Positions 59,266 to 64,000 of a DNA stretch of 64,000 bases are shown piece after piece (position 1 is the stretch's first letter; every line of letters starts with the position of its first letter). The position numbers were made by a program, and so were the translations under genes. The notes under the pieces are model-generated. The model was not told the origin of the DNA, did not search any database, and was given only the letters and a program-made list of their open reading frames with translations. This stretch comes from Bdellovibrionales bacterium. GTDB lineage: Bacteria > Bdellovibrionota > Bdellovibrionia > Bdellovibrionales > UBA1609. The stretch lies in assembly GCA_965205945.1 (NCBI GenBank), contig CBDBIB010000001.1, positions 256,001 through 320,000 on the forward strand, written 5' to 3'.

Positions 59266-61920
59266 ATGAATAAGTTTGCAGGTGCTAAAAAAAGCATGAA
59301 AGTTAACGGTAAAACTTGGACGTATTTTGATCTTTTAGAAACGTCAAAATTTGGGGATATTTTAAAATTACCACGATCATTAAAAGTTTTATTAGAAATG
59401 CTATTAAGATATCAAAATCATTCTAGTGTTAGCGATGAGAATATAAAAGACCTAGCTTCGTGGGGACATACAAAGACTTCAACTAAAGAAATTCCATACT
59501 TTCCTGCACGTGTTCTTATGCAAGATTTTACAGGAGTTCCTGCTATTGTTGACCTTGCAGCAATGAGAGATGGTATTAAAAAGTTAGGAGCTCCAGCTTC
59601 AGTTATAAACCCACAAATCCCAGTAGATCTTGTTATAGATCACTCTGTGTCAGCAGATTTTTCCGGAAATGCAAGCTCATTAAATAAAAATGTTAGCCTA
59701 GAGTTTGAAAGAAACACTGAACGTTATGAATTTTTAAAGTGGGGACAAACAGCATTTTCTAATTTTAGGGTGGTTCCTCCAGGAATGGGCATTTGTCATC
59801 AAGTAAATATTGAGTTTTTAGCAGATGTAGTGACAGCACGTAAATTAAAAGAAGAAGACACACTTTTCCCTGACACTCTTGTTGGCACAGATTCACATAC
59901 AACAATGGTTAATGGTCTATCTGTTCTTGGTTGGGGTGTTGGTGGAATTGAGGCAGAGGCTGCAATGCTTGGACAGCCAATTGCTATTATGATTCCAGAA
60001 GTTATAGGTTTTAAACTTATAGGAGAATTACCAAAGGGTGCTACGGCAACAGATTTAGTATTAACAGTGACCCAAATGCTTAGAGCTTACGGTGTGGTTG
60101 GAAAATTTGTAGAGTTTTTTGGTAATGGCTTAGATAATTTAAGCCTTGCTAATAGAGCAACTCTATCTAATATGGCTCCAGAGTACGGTGCTACTTGTGG
60201 ATTTTTTCCAATAGATGATGAGACCTTAAACTATCTAAGATTAACTGCAAGAGATGAGGATTTAGTACAAAGAGTAGAAAAATACGCTAAAATTCAAGGT
60301 CTTTGGAGAGACGATACACAGCTTTCTTTTACTCATACATTAGAACTAAACATGGCAGACGTTGTTCCTTCTTTAGCAGGTCCAAAGCGACCACAAGATA
60401 GAGTTTTATTAAATAAAGCTAAATCATCTTTTAAACATGAACTTGCTACAACTTTTAAATCAGCAGAAAACTTATCAGTCCCAGTTTCTAACACAAACTA
60501 TTGTATTAATAACGGTGATGTTGTAATTGCAGCAATCACAAGCTGTACAAATACCTCAAACCCTTATGTAATGATTGGGGCAGGACTTCTTGCTCAAAAG
60601 GCGGTGGCAAAAGGTTTAACTGTAAAACCCTGGGTTAAAACATCTTTAGCACCAGGGTCACAGGTAGTATCAGAATACCTGCTTAAAGCAGGTATTCAAA
60701 AAGACTTAGATACCTTAGGTTTTAACGTTGTTGGCTATGGTTGTACAACATGTATTGGAAACTCAGGTCCTTTAGCCGATAATATACAAAAAGCCATTAA
60801 AGATAAAGACTTAGTAGTTACGTCTGTTCTTTCTGGAAATAGGAACTTTGAAGGGCGTATTAGCCCCCATGTAAAAGCAAACTATTTAGCTTCTCCTCCT
60901 TTAGTTGTAGTATATGCAATTGCTGGATCAATGCTTGTTGACGTGAATAAAGACTCCTTAGGTAAAGGTAAAGATGGCAATGATGTATACCTAGCTGATA
61001 TTTGGCCAGCAAATAAGGAGATTAACGACGTGATTTTAAAAGTTATCACTCCTGCAATATTTAAAGATAAATACTCTAAAGTTTTTAAAGGAAACTCTGC
61101 TTGGAAAAATATCCAAATATCTCAAGAAGAAACTTACAAATGGAAAAAATCTAGTACTTATATTGCCAACCCTCCATTTTTTAAAGATCTGACAATGGAG
61201 ATTCCAAAGGGTAAGGATATAAAAGAAGCTTCACTATTAGCTCTTTTAGGGGATTCAGTTACAACTGATCATATTTCTCCTGCTGGGGTGATTAAGGCTG
61301 ATAGCCCAGCTGGAGCACTGCTTACTAGCAAAGGTATTCAAAAAAAAGATTTTAATTCCTATGGTTCGCGTAGAGGCAATCACAATGTGATGATGAGAGG
61401 GACTTTTGCTAATATTAGAATTAAAAATGAAATGGTTCCAGATATTGAAGGTGGATTCACAAAATATATTCCCACTGGCGAATCTATGCCAATTTACAAT
61501 GCTGCAATGAAATACATAGAGGCAGGAAAAGACTTAATGATCATTGCAGGAAAAGAGTATGGAACAGGGTCTTCCCGTGATTGGGCTGCAAAGGGAACTG
61601 ACCTTTTAGGTGTAAAAGCTGTTATTGCAGAAAGCTTTGAAAGAATTCATAGATCAAATTTAGCTGGAATGGGTGTTTTACCGCTTCAGTTTAAAGGCAC
61701 TGATTCAAGGAAAAGCCTGGATCTTAAAGGAGATGAAAAAATTTCAATTCTAAACCTTGAATCATTAAAGCCACGACAAGATATTAAAGTAAAAATCACC
61801 TATTTAAATAACGATAGTAAAATCATCACTACTTCTAGCAGGTTGGACACGGCTGATGATGTTTCTAATTACCAAAACGGTGGAATTCTTCAGGCAACAT
61901 TAAGAAGGCTTGCAAGATAG
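59266..61920 (+). CDS. acnA: Aconitate hydratase A
   Basis: RVLMQDFTGVP, DHS, GTDSHTTM, ITSCTNTSNP, TTDHISPAG, GSSRDWAAKG. Confidence 0.97.
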   Translation: MNKFAGAKKSMKVNGKTWTYFDLLETSKFGDILKLPRSLKVLLEMLLRYQNHSSVSDENIKDLASWGHTKTSTKEIPYFPARVLMQDFTGVPAIVDLAAMRDGIKKLGAPASVINPQIPVDLVIDHSVSADFSGNASSLNKNVSLEFERNTERYEFLKWGQTAFSNFRVVPPGMGICHQVNIEFLADVVTARKLKEEDTLFPDTLVGTDSHTTMVNGLSVLGWGVGGIEAEAAMLGQPIAIMIPEVIGFKLIGELPKGATATDLVLTVTQMLRAYGVVGKFVEFFGNGLDNLSLANRATLSNMAPEYGATCGFFPIDDETLNYLRLTARDEDLVQRVEKYAKIQGLWRDDTQLSFTHTLELNMADVVPSLAGPKRPQDRVLLNKAKSSFKHELATTFKSAENLSVPVSNTNYCINNGDVVIAAITSCTNTSNPYVMIGAGLLAQKAVAKGLTVKPWVKTSLAPGSQVVSEYLLKAGIQKDLDTLGFNVVGYGCTTCIGNSGPLADNIQKAIKDKDLVVTSVLSGNRNFEGRISPHVKANYLASPPLVVVYAIAGSMLVDVNKDSLGKGKDGNDVYLADIWPANKEINDVILKVITPAIFKDKYSKVFKGNSAWKNIQISQEETYKWKKSSTYIANPPFFKDLTMEIPKGKDIKEASLLALLGDSVTTDHISPAGVIKADSPAGALLTSKGIQKKDFNSYGSRRGNHNVMMRGTFANIRIKNEMVPDIEGGFTKYIPTGESMPIYNAAMKYIEAGKDLMIIAGKEYGTGSSRDWAAKGTDLLGVKAVIAESFERIHRSNLAGMGVLPLQFKGTDSRKSLDLKGDEKISILNLESLKPRQDIKVKITYLNNDSKIITTSSRLDTADDVSNYQNGGILQATLRRLAR

Positions 61921-61961
61921 TGTTAAGGTTATACGAAATTATTTAAATTAAACGTCTTTAT

Positions 61962-63344
61962 TTAAAAAACCTTTCCTGGATTTAAAATATTATTAGGATC
62001 AAAAACTTTCTTAATTTCTTTCATAAGGCGAATCTCTTCTAAAGATCTTGAGAATTTAAGATACGGTTTCTTTAAAAGCCCAACACCATGTTCAGCTGAG
62101 ATACTTCCTCCTATTTTTTGAATTTCACTGAAAAGGATTTTATCCACATTTTTACACTTTTTAATAAACTCATTCATAGGCATATCTTCTGATTTTAATG
62201 CGTTAATATGAAGATTACCATCTCCAATATGTCCAAAAATAACAACTTCAATATCAGTATGTTGTTTCATAACGGTGTCATAAATTACTGTAATAAAATT
62301 TGGTATTTTTGATATTTTAACAGATATATCATTTTTATATGGAGTAAATGGCGCTAAAGATTCAGAAATAAGTTCCCGGTACTTCCAAAGGTTTTTATAT
62401 TGAGTTGAATTAGAACTGAGTGTTCCATCCACAGCCCACTCTTGTTCAAAATAATGTTCTAAGGCCTGAGTAAGTTTATCTTCATTAAAGCTTTTGCTTA
62501 GCTCTACCTCTATTAGTACGTAGTAAGGGCAATCAGTTTGTAATGGTTTGAGCAGCTTGTGAGCTTTTAAAACTTTTTTTAAAGCAAGGCTTGTAAACAT
62601 TTCAAAAGCCCTTAGAGGTAATTTCTTTTTTGAATAAAAAAAGCAATCTAGAATTTTATTTAACGACTCAACCCCTAATAAGATAACTTGTTTTTCAAAG
62701 GGTTTTAAAGAAAGTCGAACTTCAACTTCAGTGATCACTCCTAAAGTTCCCTCAGAACCTATGAAAAGATGTCGAAAATCATAACCTGCATTATTCTTTA
62801 AAAGCCCTTGATTAAGTTTTAAAATTTCACCTGTACCCGTAACAATAGTAAGACCTGTGATCCATTCACGAATATTTCCATATTTAAGAACATGAACCCC
62901 TCCAGCATTAGTAGCAACATTACCACCAAGCTGGCTTGATCCTGTTGAGGCAAATTCTACTGGAAAGTATAAATTATTTTTTAAAGCCTCCTCTTGGAGA
63001 GTTTTTGTAACCACTCCAGCTTCTACTATAATTGAAGAATCAATAGGAGAGATTTCAATAATTTTGTCCATTTTCTCTAAAGATAAAATCCATTCACCTT
63101 GTGAGGCCACAGCTCCACCACTTAAGCCTGTTCTTCCTCCGCTAGGAACAAGTTTAAGATTGTTTTGATTACAGGCTTTAATAATTAAACTAACCTCCTT
63201 TGTAGTTTTTGGGAAAAGAACGCCGGAAGTGTTTATAAGAAATTGTTTACTCCAATCTCTTGCATAGTGTTCAATAGCAAAGAGATCTTTAGTTATAACT
63301 TGCTCTTTAAATAGGAAATTAAAAGGATGCAACATACATAGCAT
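61962..63344 (-). CDS. FAD-linked oxidase (D-2-hydroxyacid dehydrogenase family)
   Basis: PSGGRTGLSGG, GSEGTLG, FGHIGDGNLH, SAEHGVG, DPNNILNPGKVF. Confidence 0.9.
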   Translation of the reverse strand: MLCMLHPFNFLFKEQVITKDLFAIEHYARDWSKQFLINTSGVLFPKTTKEVSLIIKACNQNNLKLVPSGGRTGLSGGAVASQGEWILSLEKMDKIIEISPIDSSIIVEAGVVTKTLQEEALKNNLYFPVEFASTGSSQLGGNVATNAGGVHVLKYGNIREWITGLTIVTGTGEILKLNQGLLKNNAGYDFRHLFIGSEGTLGVITEVEVRLSLKPFEKQVILLGVESLNKILDCFFYSKKKLPLRAFEMFTSLALKKVLKAHKLLKPLQTDCPYYVLIEVELSKSFNEDKLTQALEHYFEQEWAVDGTLSSNSTQYKNLWKYRELISESLAPFTPYKNDISVKISKIPNFITVIYDTVMKQHTDIEVVIFGHIGDGNLHINALKSEDMPMNEFIKKCKNVDKILFSEIQKIGGSISAEHGVGLLKKPYLKFSRSLEEIRLMKEIKKVFDPNNILNPGKVF

Positions 63345-63717
63345 TCTACCATCTACTTTTTAAAGTGAGCAAGGGGATGACCTAAATGTGACTATATAAT
63401 ATCTATGAAAAACCTTAAACAATACGTTATTTTTTAAAAATCTTTAGATTTTAAAAAATATTAAAAAACTGTTTAAAACAATCTAATATAAGTTAATTTA
63501 ATAAAACAAAATTTCAAGGAAGAAATAAAACTGTCCAAAAAAGTTGCAAAAAAAAGTCTGCTAGATTCTAAATAAAAATAATTAAAAAAATATTTTCCAA
63601 AAGCTAAGTGCTAAAGGTTAATTTAAGAAAAATAATAAACACCATCTTCTACATTAATAAAACAAAAGTTGTCCATAGTACTGGCTCTTAAATCACTACA
63701 ATTTTTATCCAGCAAGT

Positions 63718-64000
63718 CTAACTCGCTAAAAGCTCCTCATTCTCATAAATTTGTGACAATTTAGCCTTAAGCTTCATAACTGCTTGAGCATGCAACTGTG
63801 AAACACGACTCTCTGTAACTTTTAAAACTCTACCAATTCCTTTTAAATTTAAATCTTCATAATAATAAAGTGAGAGTACTAACCGTTGTCTTTCTGGAAG
63901 CTCTTCAATACACTTAGCAATCATTTTTTTTATTTTTTTAGAGCTTATTTGAAAATACGGATTTTGCTCCTTAAAACTATCCACAATACTAAGTAATGAT
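63718..64000 (-). CDS. fliA: FliA/WhiG sigma factor, C-terminal region 4 (runs off the window end)
   Basis: LPERQRLVLSLYYYEDLNLKGIGRVLKVTESRVSQLH. Confidence 0.88.
   Translation of the reverse strand, partial: SLLSIVDSFKEQNPYFQISSKKIKKMIAKCIEELPERQRLVLSLYYYEDLNLKGIGRVLKVTESRVSQLHAQAVMKLKAKLSQIYENEELLAS

Overview
AT-rich bacterial chromosome segment, most likely from a Bdellovibrionota lineage. This is inferred from a MAT-type fibre protein N-terminus, several sigma54 activators and FliA-type promoters. Housekeeping blocks are coaBC-coaX, rplU-rpmA-obg-nadD/rsfS-rlmH-comF-lolA, PBP1A-uvrA-MsbA-like, glmS, mlaEFD, HU, dapF, ftsW, two PTPS paralogs, an RlmD-like methylase, acnA and fliA. They are interrupted by decayed insertion sequences (IS3, IS4/IS50-like, IS1202-like, IS66, IS1595 and an IS5/IS1182-like fragment) and by two toxin-antitoxin islets. 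The two most striking objects are surface-protein genes. (i) A DUF285/BspA-like lipoprotein has 16+ tandem 75-bp repeats with no synonymous differences but 8 variable, shuffled codons. (ii) A 1694-aa MAT-like fibre is built from ~3.4 near-identical 969-bp modules and is followed by an unannotated, pseudogenised DUF1566 (C-type-lectin-fold) tip. No rRNA, tRNA, CRISPR array or reverse transcriptase was recognised. All family calls come from motif recognition by eye, not from database searches.
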